A stretch of DNA of 61,697 nucleotides. It comes from a virus (Duplodnaviria; Caudoviricetes). Shown in pieces: positions 37,873-47,243 of the stretch (within the stretch, counting starts at the first letter, position 1; each line of letters opens with the position of its first letter). Both the position numbers and the translations under genes were made by a program. The notes under the pieces are model-generated. The model made no database searches, was not told where the DNA came from, and was given only the letters and a program-made list of their open reading frames with translations. The stretch spans positions 1 to 61,697 of IMG/VR virus record IMGVR_UViG_3300032330_001838; one strand, given 5' to 3'.

Positions 37873-39108
37873 TTAATTAAATTTACCTATTGCTGTAATA
37901 TTATCACTAGCTGACAATACATATCCTAAAGCTGTAGTATCAAATACAGCTACTAAATTAAGTCCAACTTGAGTTAAAGTAACAATACTTGATGGTACAT
38001 ATTGTCCATTAATAAAGAATTTAAAATCATCCACTGTAGTAGATGGTAGATTAGCATTAGTTGGTGGTTGTAAAATTGATGTGTTATTAAAAGTTACAGT
38101 GTTAGGAATAGTTATAGAACTAGCTGTTTTAGTTGTATTAGTATTTAGATAATTTACTGTAGCTGGTGAAATATTATTTATTGTTATATTTTGGTTTGGA
38201 GTTGGGAAACTCACAGCTTGTTTTTTAACTGTATTTCTAGGTTTAGTACCAATTGTAAATATTTCTTGATCATCTGTTTCTAAGTTAAAAATAACTTGAG
38301 CTTTAGATATAAATTTCTTCGCGTAAGATAAATCTCTATTTATTGTGTCAGGGATAATATACCCGTTTAACGTTATTCCAAAATTAGTTCTTGTAGTTCT
38401 ATCAGTACCTAAAGAATATTCTGTTGAAGTGGTAAAACTATCTATATTAGCTCGAAATTGAAATCTACCTTCTTCTCCCCAGTATGTGTTAGCAGCATAT
38501 TGTAATGCTTCTATTATTTTATTATTTTGTTCTAAATGGTTTGTAAATATAACCGCGTTATATTTTAAAGTGATATACTCTGGCATAACAATCACTCTAA
38601 ACTCTTTAACTGGATCTCTATTACCTAAAATACTAAAATTATCATATTGATTTTTTTTTGTGTATGGTGTTTCAAAAATATGAAAGTTTTGAGGATTATT
38701 AGCATCAACTTTAGTACCTAATGATCTATTAGCTTCTAAACTATCACGTTTTAATACAATCACAGGACCTATAAAACGATCAGAATATTCTCTTAAATAT
38801 CCTTTTTCTTGTATAGTTTGCCAACGTTCTGGGTATCCATACATTATAGGAACTTGAATTCTATTTCCATCTTGAATTATAGATGGTTTTATTTTATTTT
38901 CAATATATTTTATAATTGATGTATCTATATCAACAATACTGATAGATATATCTTTACTTCTATCCCCTGATGTTGATACATCATTTCCTCTATTAGGTAT
39001 ATTATCAATAGGACGAGTAGCTAAAGAAGGATCATAAACTTTATCTCCTAATTGATCATTTAATAGCTCACGTTGATTTTGAGGTCTTGGTTTTATAGAT
39101 CTAGGCAT
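37873..39108 (-). CDS. tail terminator / sheath stabiliser (T4 gp15-like) with C-terminal extension
   Basis: QVPIMYG.PERW, P.I.L.R, EQ.NKIIE and F.ITLNGYI motifs; follows the neck genes. Confidence 0.7.
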   Translation of the reverse strand: MPRSIKPRPQNQRELLNDQLGDKVYDPSLATRPIDNIPNRGNDVSTSGDRSKDISISIVDIDTSIIKYIENKIKPSIIQDGNRIQVPIMYGYPERWQTIQEKGYLREYSDRFIGPVIVLKRDSLEANRSLGTKVDANNPQNFHIFETPYTKKNQYDNFSILGNRDPVKEFRVIVMPEYITLKYNAVIFTNHLEQNNKIIEALQYAANTYWGEEGRFQFRANIDSFTTSTEYSLGTDRTTRTNFGITLNGYIIPDTINRDLSYAKKFISKAQVIFNLETDDQEIFTIGTKPRNTVKKQAVSFPTPNQNITINNISPATVNYLNTNTTKTASSITIPNTVTFNNTSILQPPTNANLPSTTVDDFKFFINGQYVPSSIVTLTQVGLNLVAVFDTTALGYVLSASDNITAIGKFN

Positions 39109-39824
39109 TATAATAATTTATAAGGTGATAAATTTAATCTACTTACTCTTGTTAAATAACAATCTAATTCAAATTGCATAATTTTAACTGGAGGACAATT
39201 TATATTATTTACACCAACATTAGTTGCTATTGGGTAATATATTGTGTTAGTATTATGTATTTCATAATATCTTTCTCTTCCTATATCAAATACTATATCA
39301 CCTATTTCCGGTGTAATATCTGCGGGTATCACTAGGTTAAATGGATTATTTATATTTAAAGCTGCTTCTGGTATTGTTATTTTTATTTGTTGGGTAACAT
39401 CTGGTCCAAACATTTCATCACTTACTCCTTCAGGTGATCTTTCTATATAACATCTGGTTTGAACACCTTCATAATACCATTTTTCTAGAGATTCACCATA
39501 TATATTTTTTTGAGTTTGTCTTATATTTATTTTATAAAATAAAACTCTATTAGTTAAAAAAGAAACTAATGAAGATTGCATTAATTGAGGAGTAGCAAAT
39601 TCAATACAATCAGTTAATGTACCTGATGGTAAAGGGAATATAGGTGTTGGGTTACTACTTCCACCAGGACCTGTACCTCCATTTCCTCCAGTTCCAATTC
39701 CTCCAGGACCACTTGTTCCAAGTCCACTACCTGTAACAATAGTATTTCCTATTCCATTAATCATGATAATAGGACCATTTCCATCTCTAGGATCTTCAGG
39801 CATATAAAATTTTCTCAAAAGCAT
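39108..39824 (-). CDS. head-closure / neck protein (T4 gp14-like) with Gly-rich N-terminus
   Basis: FYKI...T..NIYGES..K, PEIGDIVF...YYEI motifs; position between gp13-like and gp15-like genes. Confidence 0.6.
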   Translation of the reverse strand: MLLRKFYMPEDPRDGNGPIIMINGIGNTIVTGSGLGTSGPGGIGTGGNGGTGPGGSSNPTPIFPLPSGTLTDCIEFATPQLMQSSLVSFLTNRVLFYKINIRQTQKNIYGESLEKWYYEGVQTRCYIERSPEGVSDEMFGPDVTQQIKITIPEAALNINNPFNLVIPADITPEIGDIVFDIGRERYYEIHNTNTIYYPIATNVGVNNINCPPVKIMQFELDCYLTRVSRLNLSPYKLL

Positions 39825-39825
39825 A

Positions 39826-41442
39826 TTATAAAGCGTATATTAATAAAGGTATTTGATTCATTGTTTGACGAGTAAATTCAGCTTCTTGTTGTTTTCTTTC
39901 TAACTGAGCTTTACGAGTTGTTTGTTCTAGATATTCTTTTAATTCAGTCATTAAATCTAATTTTTCAGTTCTAGCGTCAGTTAATAATTCAGTTCCTTTT
40001 ATTAATCCTGGTATTTGAGATGTATCTAAAGCGGATTTAACTTGTCCTTCAATTTCTTTACATAATGCTAGAGTATATCTAAAAATCCACATTCTGCCAA
40101 CCATATTAATATTTGAGTAAATAGGATTTCTATAAGGTACTCTCATTACATCAGACACAACATTTTTCTTTGTTCTAACAGTTGGTCTATTTCTTTCACT
40201 TTTCTTTATATATTTAAAAAGAAGTATATGCTCATGTTCTGGTATAGGAAATAATCTTAGTTGATTATTAACTAAATCAAATGAATAAGCTGATTTTCTT
40301 ACTTGGTCGTTAAATTCAATTGCTTGAATCTTTTGAATATCCCAATATACAGGCATTAACATAAAGTTAATACCAGGTGAGTAAGAACCAAATCCAAATG
40401 TTTCTAATAATCCTTGAACACCAGTACCTGTACCAGCATATGGATCAAAATACCTTACAATTGCTGGTGGTTCTTGATAAAATACTTGTCTAACTTCTAT
40501 ACTATCCCCCTCATCTAAAGAAGCTGAAGCATCTGCCCAAGTATTTAAATCATACACTTGTTTTCCTGGAGTTAAAACTAAAGATCCAGTATATTCATTA
40601 TAAGATCCTCCAATACTAGCTTCAGCAGCATAGTCATCAGCTATTCTAATTTGAGCAGCTAAGTTATTATTTAATACTTTACCATTTAATTCATTTAATG
40701 AACGTTCTTGATAATAAACAGTAGATATACCTTGAGTATTATAATTAGGAAAGCCAGCTGTGTTATCACCACTCACATTAGGATCAACTGTAAAGAAATA
40801 AACATGGCTAGCTCCACTTGAGAGAGGATTTACAGCTCCTGCTACTTTATTAAATTGATTAATAACAGTTCTAGATAAATTAGTATAACTGCCGCTATAA
40901 GGAGCGTCACCAGCTAGTGTAAAATTTTGAATAAAATCTAAATTAGGTACATCAAAATTACTTAATGAAGCTGATATGACATATAAAGTGCCATTAACTA
41001 TAGATTGAGAGTAAGCCGCGTTATATCCTATTTCAGCCCATGTTGCTGCTCTAGTTTTAGACCAGAATATAGGTGTATTATTAGTTATACTATTAATTAA
41101 AGTTGTACTGGCTTGATTAAATACATCTGTGTCAGATCCTTCTAAATTAATATAATTATCTCTAATTTTATATTGATAAACCATGTTACCATATGTTAAC
41201 ACTGCTTCTTCAAAAGCCGCATAAACACTTATATCACTTAGATTTAAAAATAGAGAAGCACCAACACCTGTAGTTATACCTAAACGTTGAGCAACATACG
41301 CTGTACAATTTTTAGCATCCCTAACAAATTCAGTGTCATTATCAAAGTATCCGAATGGAGTATTGCCTCTAACAACAGTTAAATTATTAAATCCTGTTGT
41401 TAAATTACCAGCAGCGTATAGTTGTGTAAGATTTTGAGCCAT
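39826..41442 (-). CDS. neck / head-tail adaptor protein (T4 gp13-like)
   Basis: TPFG.FD.D, YAAFEEAV, QVYDL, LRLFPIP, WI.RYTLALCKE motifs and position. Confidence 0.7.
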   Translation of the reverse strand: MAQNLTQLYAAGNLTTGFNNLTVVRGNTPFGYFDNDTEFVRDAKNCTAYVAQRLGITTGVGASLFLNLSDISVYAAFEEAVLTYGNMVYQYKIRDNYINLEGSDTDVFNQASTTLINSITNNTPIFWSKTRAATWAEIGYNAAYSQSIVNGTLYVISASLSNFDVPNLDFIQNFTLAGDAPYSGSYTNLSRTVINQFNKVAGAVNPLSSGASHVYFFTVDPNVSGDNTAGFPNYNTQGISTVYYQERSLNELNGKVLNNNLAAQIRIADDYAAEASIGGSYNEYTGSLVLTPGKQVYDLNTWADASASLDEGDSIEVRQVFYQEPPAIVRYFDPYAGTGTGVQGLLETFGFGSYSPGINFMLMPVYWDIQKIQAIEFNDQVRKSAYSFDLVNNQLRLFPIPEHEHILLFKYIKKSERNRPTVRTKKNVVSDVMRVPYRNPIYSNINMVGRMWIFRYTLALCKEIEGQVKSALDTSQIPGLIKGTELLTDARTEKLDLMTELKEYLEQTTRKAQLERKQQEAEFTRQTMNQIPLLIYAL

Positions 41443-41491
41443 TTATATTAGTATTATTCCAATATAAATATGGTAAATATATAATTAGTGG

Positions 41492-42163
41492 TTATTTTCC
41501 GTATTCTAGTTCTAGTATTTTACCTACTAAATCACTTCTATGGTTGTGTTTAAGTTTTACCCATTTAATTTCTTCTATCTTTTTAGATAGTTCTATTATA
41601 TAAGACAATCCATTGTAAGGATCTTTTATATCCTTTTGTTCATTGTCACCATTGATGATTATTCTTCCATTTTTTCCAAGTCTAGTAATAATGGCTAACA
41701 TTTCTGCTTTAGTTAAGTTTTGAGCTTCTTCAACAACTAAAACATCATCAATAGTCTTCCCACGTATAAACTGAACTGGTAAAGCTTGTACTTTTTCATC
41801 TTTAATAAGTTCTTCAATTTTAACTTTGTCATAACATTTAACTAAATTTTCTTGGAATGCTTCTAAATATGGGTTAAATTTTTCATTTAAACTACCAGGT
41901 AAAAAACCTAATGAATGCCCTACTTCAACGGCTGCTCTTGTAACTAATATTTTATCAAATTGTTTTTTAAACATAAAATCTAACGCTGTTTGAGCTGATA
42001 CTAATGATTTACCACAGCCTGCTCGACCAGTAATAATAACAATTTGATTTTCAATAATTAACCGTTTGGCTTCTTTTTGTTCTTCATTAAGTGTGATTTG
42101 ATACTTAATTTCATTTTTAAAAACCTTTTTTTGTTTTTGTTTTTCTTCTTGTTGCGTAGACAT
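41492..42163 (-). CDS. phoH: PhoH-like ATPase
   Basis: GRAGCGKS, TRAAVE, LGFLPG, FIRGKT, EEAQN, RLG and NGD..Q.D motifs. Confidence 0.95.
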   Translation of the reverse strand: MSTQQEEKQKQKKVFKNEIKYQITLNEEQKEAKRLIIENQIVIITGRAGCGKSLVSAQTALDFMFKKQFDKILVTRAAVEVGHSLGFLPGSLNEKFNPYLEAFQENLVKCYDKVKIEELIKDEKVQALPVQFIRGKTIDDVLVVEEAQNLTKAEMLAIITRLGKNGRIIINGDNEQKDIKDPYNGLSYIIELSKKIEEIKWVKLKHNHRSDLVGKILELEYGK

Positions 42164-42186
42164 AAATTATTAGTTTAATATAAATA

Positions 42187-42543
42187 TTAATGAGTTTTGT
42201 TATAATGTTCTATTCGATGACAATTTGAACATAATACATCACATTTTTCTATTTCTTTTAAAATAAATTCTTTATTTCGTTGCCTATAAGAAGATATTCC
42301 AAATTCTTTTTCACTGGGATCTCTATGATGAAAATCTAAAGCTGCTGGGTGATTAAATCCACATTTGATACAAGATAATTCTTTTTTATACTCATTAAAC
42401 CATTCAATATTATTATTAAACCATTTTTTTGTTTCAGCACTCATACATTCAATACAATATCTATTTAAACCATCTTTTGTCCCTGTCTTCTTCCAAAATG
42501 AATTTATAGATTTTTTAGTATCGCATTTTTTACAATATTTCAT
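42187..42543 (-). CDS. HNH endonuclease with N-terminal zinc finger
   Basis: CKKC...CIEC zinc finger, CIKCG, LDFHHRDP, CDVLCSNCHRIEH. Confidence 0.85.
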   Translation of the reverse strand: MKYCKKCDTKKSINSFWKKTGTKDGLNRYCIECMSAETKKWFNNNIEWFNEYKKELSCIKCGFNHPAALDFHHRDPSEKEFGISSYRQRNKEFILKEIEKCDVLCSNCHRIEHYNKTH

Positions 42544-42572
42544 ATTATTAATTTAATATAAATATAAAAAAG

Positions 42573-42597
42573 AGACCCAAGCTAGGCTTGGGTCTCA
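42573..42597 (-). terminator. intrinsic terminator after major capsid gene
   Basis: GAGACCCAAGC-CTA-GCTTGGGTCTC followed by TTTTTT on the coding strand. Confidence 0.85.
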
Positions 42598-42625
42598 ATC
42601 TTTATAACTCTATGTTAAACTAGCA

Positions 42626-44290
42626 TTAGATCACATTCAAGTCAGCTACGAATACTTTACCATAGAATTCAGGACGTACCATTTTCTTAGCGTAACGAGT
42701 CATGATACCTTTTCTTGGAGTGAAGGTATTTGGATCGTACACCAATGGAGTCATGATTAATGGAACGTATGGAGCATAAACAGCACCAGTTTCTAAGAAT
42801 TGGTTACCACGGAAACCCATCAAGATAGTATTTTCCAACATGTATGGATTCTTATAAACTTTATAACGGCTATTCAATTGACCAATTTTCTGAACACCAA
42901 ATGCATACTTCATTGTTTCTGAAGCGCCATCAGTATCAGCTGCGAATCCAGGAATTGATTCCAAGATAGTAGCTACTGTAGGAGAAACAACCATGAAGTT
43001 AGCGCCACCACGCAAAGTACGTTGGTGAATAATGTTAGATACTTTTTGTAATTTAATACCTAAAGTTTGGAACCAAGTCATTTGAGTATAGTAAACACCA
43101 GCTGTGTTAGGAGTGAAAGCTGATTGGTTAGTATTAATTTGGTTACCAACCTTAGCTGACCAATACTCAGTGATTGGAGCATTTTGAATCAACATATCTA
43201 AAATTTCTAAGTCAATCTCTAAAGAGATATATTCAGACAACATAGAAGTTAATTCAGCTTCAGCATCAAGATTTTGGTAAGCGTTCAAATCTTGAGCAAA
43301 TTCTGGAGTCCATTGTGCTTTCAACTTACGAGTTTTAGCAGCAATAGTTTCAGAACGCAATTGAACGTTAATTTCTGGAATAGAAATTGCGGTACCAACA
43401 GCACCTACAGCTTTATCTGTACCAGTAGTTGTTCCATCTTCAAAATCACCACGAGCGTTATCAGCAGTTTTCTTAGTATAGAAAATATCATAAGTGAATG
43501 AACTAGCAGATAATTCAGCAGTTGATGCAGAGATGAACAAGTAAATATTAGCTCCGTTAGTATAGTTAAACTGAGTTAAGTTATCAGCTGCTACAATAAC
43601 AGAAGCTGAAACAGCGTAAATAGCACGAACAGCGTTTAAATCTACACTTGGTAAACTAGAAGTAACGAATGTTAAAACTTTAACAGTTGCTAAAGAAGCA
43701 TCAGTACCACCAACAATAGAAGATGAATAGTTAGCATCAAAGTTAACTTGAGCGAAAGAAGCTGAAGTAACACCAGATGCTCCTACGTTAACTGAAGCAG
43801 TGAATTGGTTAATTGAGTAACCAAAACGACCAGAACCATAAAGACCACCAGCAGCGGCGTTACCAAATCCAGAATCACCTACTTGAGTAGTTGTACCGTA
43901 AAGTGAGTTACCATTAGAGAATGGATTTTTAGTTGTACCATATTGGAAATCTAAGAAGAATACCAATCCAGCAGGTAAAGACATTGGTTGAACAGAAACG
44001 AATTCTTTAGAAGCGATCTGACCAAATACTTTACGAACTAATGGAAGAGCAACTCCAGCCCATTGTTCACCAGTTCCTGGAGTAAATGTACCACCAGTAC
44101 CAGTTTGAGATGATTCAACAACTAATTGTTTAGCTTGATTTTCTAACATCATAGCCATGTTTGATTTGTCGTAGTCTTTAAGACCTTCCAACAAACCTGA
44201 TTTAGCCCATTTACCAGCAAGACGAGCGGCGTCGCCTTGTTGAGACTGCCATGGGTTAGCAGATTCGATTAATGATTGTACTTGACTCAT
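42626..44290 (-). CDS. gp23: major capsid protein (T4 gp23-like)
   Basis: LPLVRKVF, VQPMSLPAGLVF, AKTRKLKAQWTPEFAQDL, YAPYVPL, GIMTRYA; strongly biased codon usage. Confidence 0.97.
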   Translation of the reverse strand: MSQVQSLIESANPWQSQQGDAARLAGKWAKSGLLEGLKDYDKSNMAMMLENQAKQLVVESSQTGTGGTFTPGTGEQWAGVALPLVRKVFGQIASKEFVSVQPMSLPAGLVFFLDFQYGTTKNPFSNGNSLYGTTTQVGDSGFGNAAAGGLYGSGRFGYSINQFTASVNVGASGVTSASFAQVNFDANYSSSIVGGTDASLATVKVLTFVTSSLPSVDLNAVRAIYAVSASVIVAADNLTQFNYTNGANIYLFISASTAELSASSFTYDIFYTKKTADNARGDFEDGTTTGTDKAVGAVGTAISIPEINVQLRSETIAAKTRKLKAQWTPEFAQDLNAYQNLDAEAELTSMLSEYISLEIDLEILDMLIQNAPITEYWSAKVGNQINTNQSAFTPNTAGVYYTQMTWFQTLGIKLQKVSNIIHQRTLRGGANFMVVSPTVATILESIPGFAADTDGASETMKYAFGVQKIGQLNSRYKVYKNPYMLENTILMGFRGNQFLETGAVYAPYVPLIMTPLVYDPNTFTPRKGIMTRYAKKMVRPEFYGKVFVADLNVI

Positions 44291-44319
44291 TTGAGTAAAT
44301 TTTTGTTTTTGTTTTTAAT

Positions 44320-45411
44320 TTATTTAATAATTCCTGCTAATTGTTGCATACGGCGAATAGCAGCATCACCTTCTACAATCTGTTGTTTTGGTGCAACACC
44401 AGCTGCCTTAGAGGCAAACCCAACTGATTCTTTGATTGAATTTCTCTTAGATGTAGATAAAGTACTAGTTAAAGATTCATAAATTACTTTAGCTTCTTTA
44501 ACATTAGTAGCTCTGTCCATATTCTTAAGAACATTAACCTTTTGTGATTCAGATAAAGATTTAGCTTTGAAGATTTTATTAACGTAAGTGTTCTTAGCAT
44601 TTAATAAGTTAACTTCGTTAAGTTCTTTTTTCAAGAATTTGATAACTTTAATAGATTCTTCTAAGTCTTTTTTAGCTTTTTCAGCTTCTTCCTTAGCTTC
44701 TTCTACTTTTTTCTCATCATCTTCTTCTTTCTTTTCAGCTACCCATCCTTTTTCTGTACCTTTAACATCTTTCTTACCACCAACATATCCCATTTCAGTT
44801 CCTGAAATGTCATCATGAGGTAGTTTGTCAGTGTATGAACTTTCTTCCATATCAAGTTCAGCTAATAATTCATCTAAACTAATAGATTCTTCATCGCTTT
44901 CTTCTTCACCACCTTCTTCAGGAGCTTCTTCACTTGATTCTTCAGAACCACCCATTATGTCTTGTAAAACATCACGGATAATGTCTCTTAATTCATCAAC
45001 TGTTAATTCAGTAATTTCGTCGTCGTCACTAATTTCTTCAGAATCATCAGATTTTTCAGATTTTTCTTCTTTTTCATCTTCTTCTTCTTCTTCTTTAGCT
45101 TCTTCAACTTTGTCTTTTTTACCTTCTTTAACTTTACCTTCTTCTTTTTCAAGTTCAGCTAAAATTTCTTCAAGGTCCATTTCTTCCATAGAGTAACCTT
45201 CTTCTTTTTCTTCGCTACCATAGCCTTCTTCTTTCTCTTTCATACCTTCTTCTTCAATGTCTTCTTCTAACTCATTTAATTTGTTAGATAACATGTTCAT
45301 GATTGATGGAGTGAAAGTTTCTTCAAGAGCGGCTTTAGCGTTTGCTACTGCTGCGTCACGCACAGATTTAGCGTCGGCAATTGCTTGCTTAAATAATTCT
45401 TGATTTGTCAT
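44320..45411 (-). CDS. prohead core / scaffolding protein
   Basis: Highly acidic coiled-coil directly upstream of the capsid gene; ANAKAALEE, LNEVNLLNAK and C-terminal RMQQLAGIIK. Confidence 0.85.
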   Translation of the reverse strand: MTNQELFKQAIADAKSVRDAAVANAKAALEETFTPSIMNMLSNKLNELEEDIEEEGMKEKEEGYGSEEKEEGYSMEEMDLEEILAELEKEEGKVKEGKKDKVEEAKEEEEEDEKEEKSEKSDDSEEISDDDEITELTVDELRDIIRDVLQDIMGGSEESSEEAPEEGGEEESDEESISLDELLAELDMEESSYTDKLPHDDISGTEMGYVGGKKDVKGTEKGWVAEKKEEDDEKKVEEAKEEAEKAKKDLEESIKVIKFLKKELNEVNLLNAKNTYVNKIFKAKSLSESQKVNVLKNMDRATNVKEAKVIYESLTSTLSTSKRNSIKESVGFASKAAGVAPKQQIVEGDAAIRRMQQLAGIIK

Positions 45412-45433
45412 TGTGATTTCTCCTTTTTGACTG

Positions 45434-45498
45434 ATTACTTATTAGAGAAGTAATATAGGATTATAAATTTTATTCTAATGAGATATTGGAGATCTCAT
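45434..45498 (-). promoter_or_regulatory. twin-hairpin 5' leader of scaffold/capsid operon
   Basis: Coding strand ATGAGAT-CTCCAAT-ATCTCAT (45478-45498) and ATTACTT-CTCTAAT-AAGTAAT (45434-45454), between the ATATTTAT motif (45512-45519) and an AAGGAG SD. Confidence 0.6.
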
Positions 45499-45686
45499 AT
45501 ATGGGATGTACATAAATATATGAAAAAAATTCAAAGCAATAAAGTATATGAAAAGTGGGTTTAACGTGGTATATCCCCATTTTAAACCACTTAAAATAGT
45601 GGTTCGTGTATTATTGTATCTTACTATTTACGCCGTTAAATCCCCGGTAAAGGCCCGTGCAATTATTTGGATGACCGGAATAAAAA

Positions 45687-45710
45687 AATCCAGTCTTACG
45701 GGACTGGATT
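45687..45710 (-). terminator. intrinsic terminator with CCGTAA loop
   Basis: AATCCAGTC-CCGTAA-GACTGGATT then T-run. Confidence 0.8.
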
Positions 45711-45740
45711 TAAATCTATAATACTGAGACTATAGAGGGG

Positions 45741-46601
45741 TTATTTTATACCTGCTAGTTTTTGCAAGCGAGTTATTTCTTTAATATCATCTACATTTGG
45801 AGCTAGATCTTGCCATTTAGTAGCATCATCAGTTTGCGGCATAATTCCACGTTCAGGAGCTCCAGATACAGGTTGATTATTTTGCTGCATTCTTTTAACA
45901 TTACTCCAAATAAACTGCGCTACAGCTTCTGGGCTATCTCCTTTACCTGCTTCTTTAAATACTTCTAATACTTCTGGAGTGATTGTTTTGGTAACATAAG
46001 ATATTAAATCATCTTTACCTATTTTAAGTAAGTTCTGTCCTTCAACTTTAGCTGTAGGAACTTTACCTAAATCAGCTGCTATACCTAATTGAGTTGCTTT
46101 AAGGGCCTTCATTGGATCTTTTATATCAGATAAATCAATAGCAGCGATTTTAGCTTCTGGATTTAAGGCACATACTTGAGACCATCTATGATGACCATCA
46201 ATAATAAATTTACCTCCACCTCCAGTAATAATACGTTTACCAGCTACTGATATTATTCCTCCTTTTAAACTTGTTTCCGCTGATTTAGGATTAGTTAAGA
46301 AAAATTTTAATGATTTATCAACATCAATTTCATTTTGTGTTGGTAATAATTTACCAACAACCGGTTCCACTGTTCTAAAACTAAGTGGATGTTCGTTAGA
46401 TAAAGTTTTAATAGCAGCTATAAATTTAGGATCCTTGATGTTATCTCCTAATTCTTTAACAAATAAGGAATAATCCATTTTTAATAGATTCTTTAATTCT
46501 TGTTCAGTTTTAGGATCTATAGGTCCTCCTTTTTTATCATCAGAAGTTGGTTTTTGTTCTTCTTCAGCTTCTTTTAAAAGATCAATTAATTTTATTCTCA
46601 T
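45741..46601 (-). CDS. ParB/sulfiredoxin-like domain protein carrying both N- and C-terminal tags
   Basis: LLPTQNEID and FIIDGHHRW ParB-N motifs; N-terminal MRIKLIDLLKE; C-terminal RLQKLAGIK. Confidence 0.7.
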   Translation of the reverse strand: MRIKLIDLLKEAEEEQKPTSDDKKGGPIDPKTEQELKNLLKMDYSLFVKELGDNIKDPKFIAAIKTLSNEHPLSFRTVEPVVGKLLPTQNEIDVDKSLKFFLTNPKSAETSLKGGIISVAGKRIITGGGGKFIIDGHHRWSQVCALNPEAKIAAIDLSDIKDPMKALKATQLGIAADLGKVPTAKVEGQNLLKIGKDDLISYVTKTITPEVLEVFKEAGKGDSPEAVAQFIWSNVKRMQQNNQPVSGAPERGIMPQTDDATKWQDLAPNVDDIKEITRLQKLAGIK

Positions 46602-46613
46602 TTTATTTTTTTT

Positions 46614-47243
46614 TTATTTTAAGCAACAGATTCCTGTTTGTGAACAAATAATTTCTGATATTAAGTTATTTACTGCTGAATATTTGTTTCCTTTAAATAA
46701 TTTAGGATTGAAATTTTCATTTAATCCAACTGGTCTCATAAAGGCACCTTGTGTTGAAGGTGTACTAACAAAATCCCAACATAGTAATTCAAAATCGTCT
46801 TGTACTTCTACTGTACCTTCACCTAATGGTTTTACTGAACCCATACCGCGAGATGAAATACCTACAGTTATATTATTTAAAAATAATTCTTTTAATATAT
46901 TACCTGATGGTGTTGGTAATACTTCAATATCACCCATTAAATCATCACCATCCCACCATAACTTTTTAATATTATGACTAACATTTTTAAGATTAATAAT
47001 AGAAGATTCTGGATGGTCTAACTCACCTAATGCTCTATTTTCAGCAATAGGTCCAGCTATATATTTTTCAGTTTCACGTTCAAGTGTTTCTTTAGGATAT
47101 ACACGTCCGTTTTGATTTTTTGCATCAGCACGTTGTACAACACCAGACACTATTAAATTTCTATTTGAAGATAACTTCGCCTCAGTCAAAGACTGAGGGG
47201 AAGGTTGAAACGAGAAATATTCTATTAGTATTTGTTTACTCAT
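46614..47243 (-). CDS. gp21: prohead maturation protease (T4 gp21-like)
   Basis: NQNGRVYP, LGELDHP, VSHNI, GISSRGMGS, DFVSTPST. Confidence 0.95.
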   Translation of the reverse strand: MSKQILIEYFSFQPSPQSLTEAKLSSNRNLIVSGVVQRADAKNQNGRVYPKETLERETEKYIAGPIAENRALGELDHPESSIINLKNVSHNIKKLWWDGDDLMGDIEVLPTPSGNILKELFLNNITVGISSRGMGSVKPLGEGTVEVQDDFELLCWDFVSTPSTQGAFMRPVGLNENFNPKLFKGNKYSAVNNLISEIICSQTGICCLK

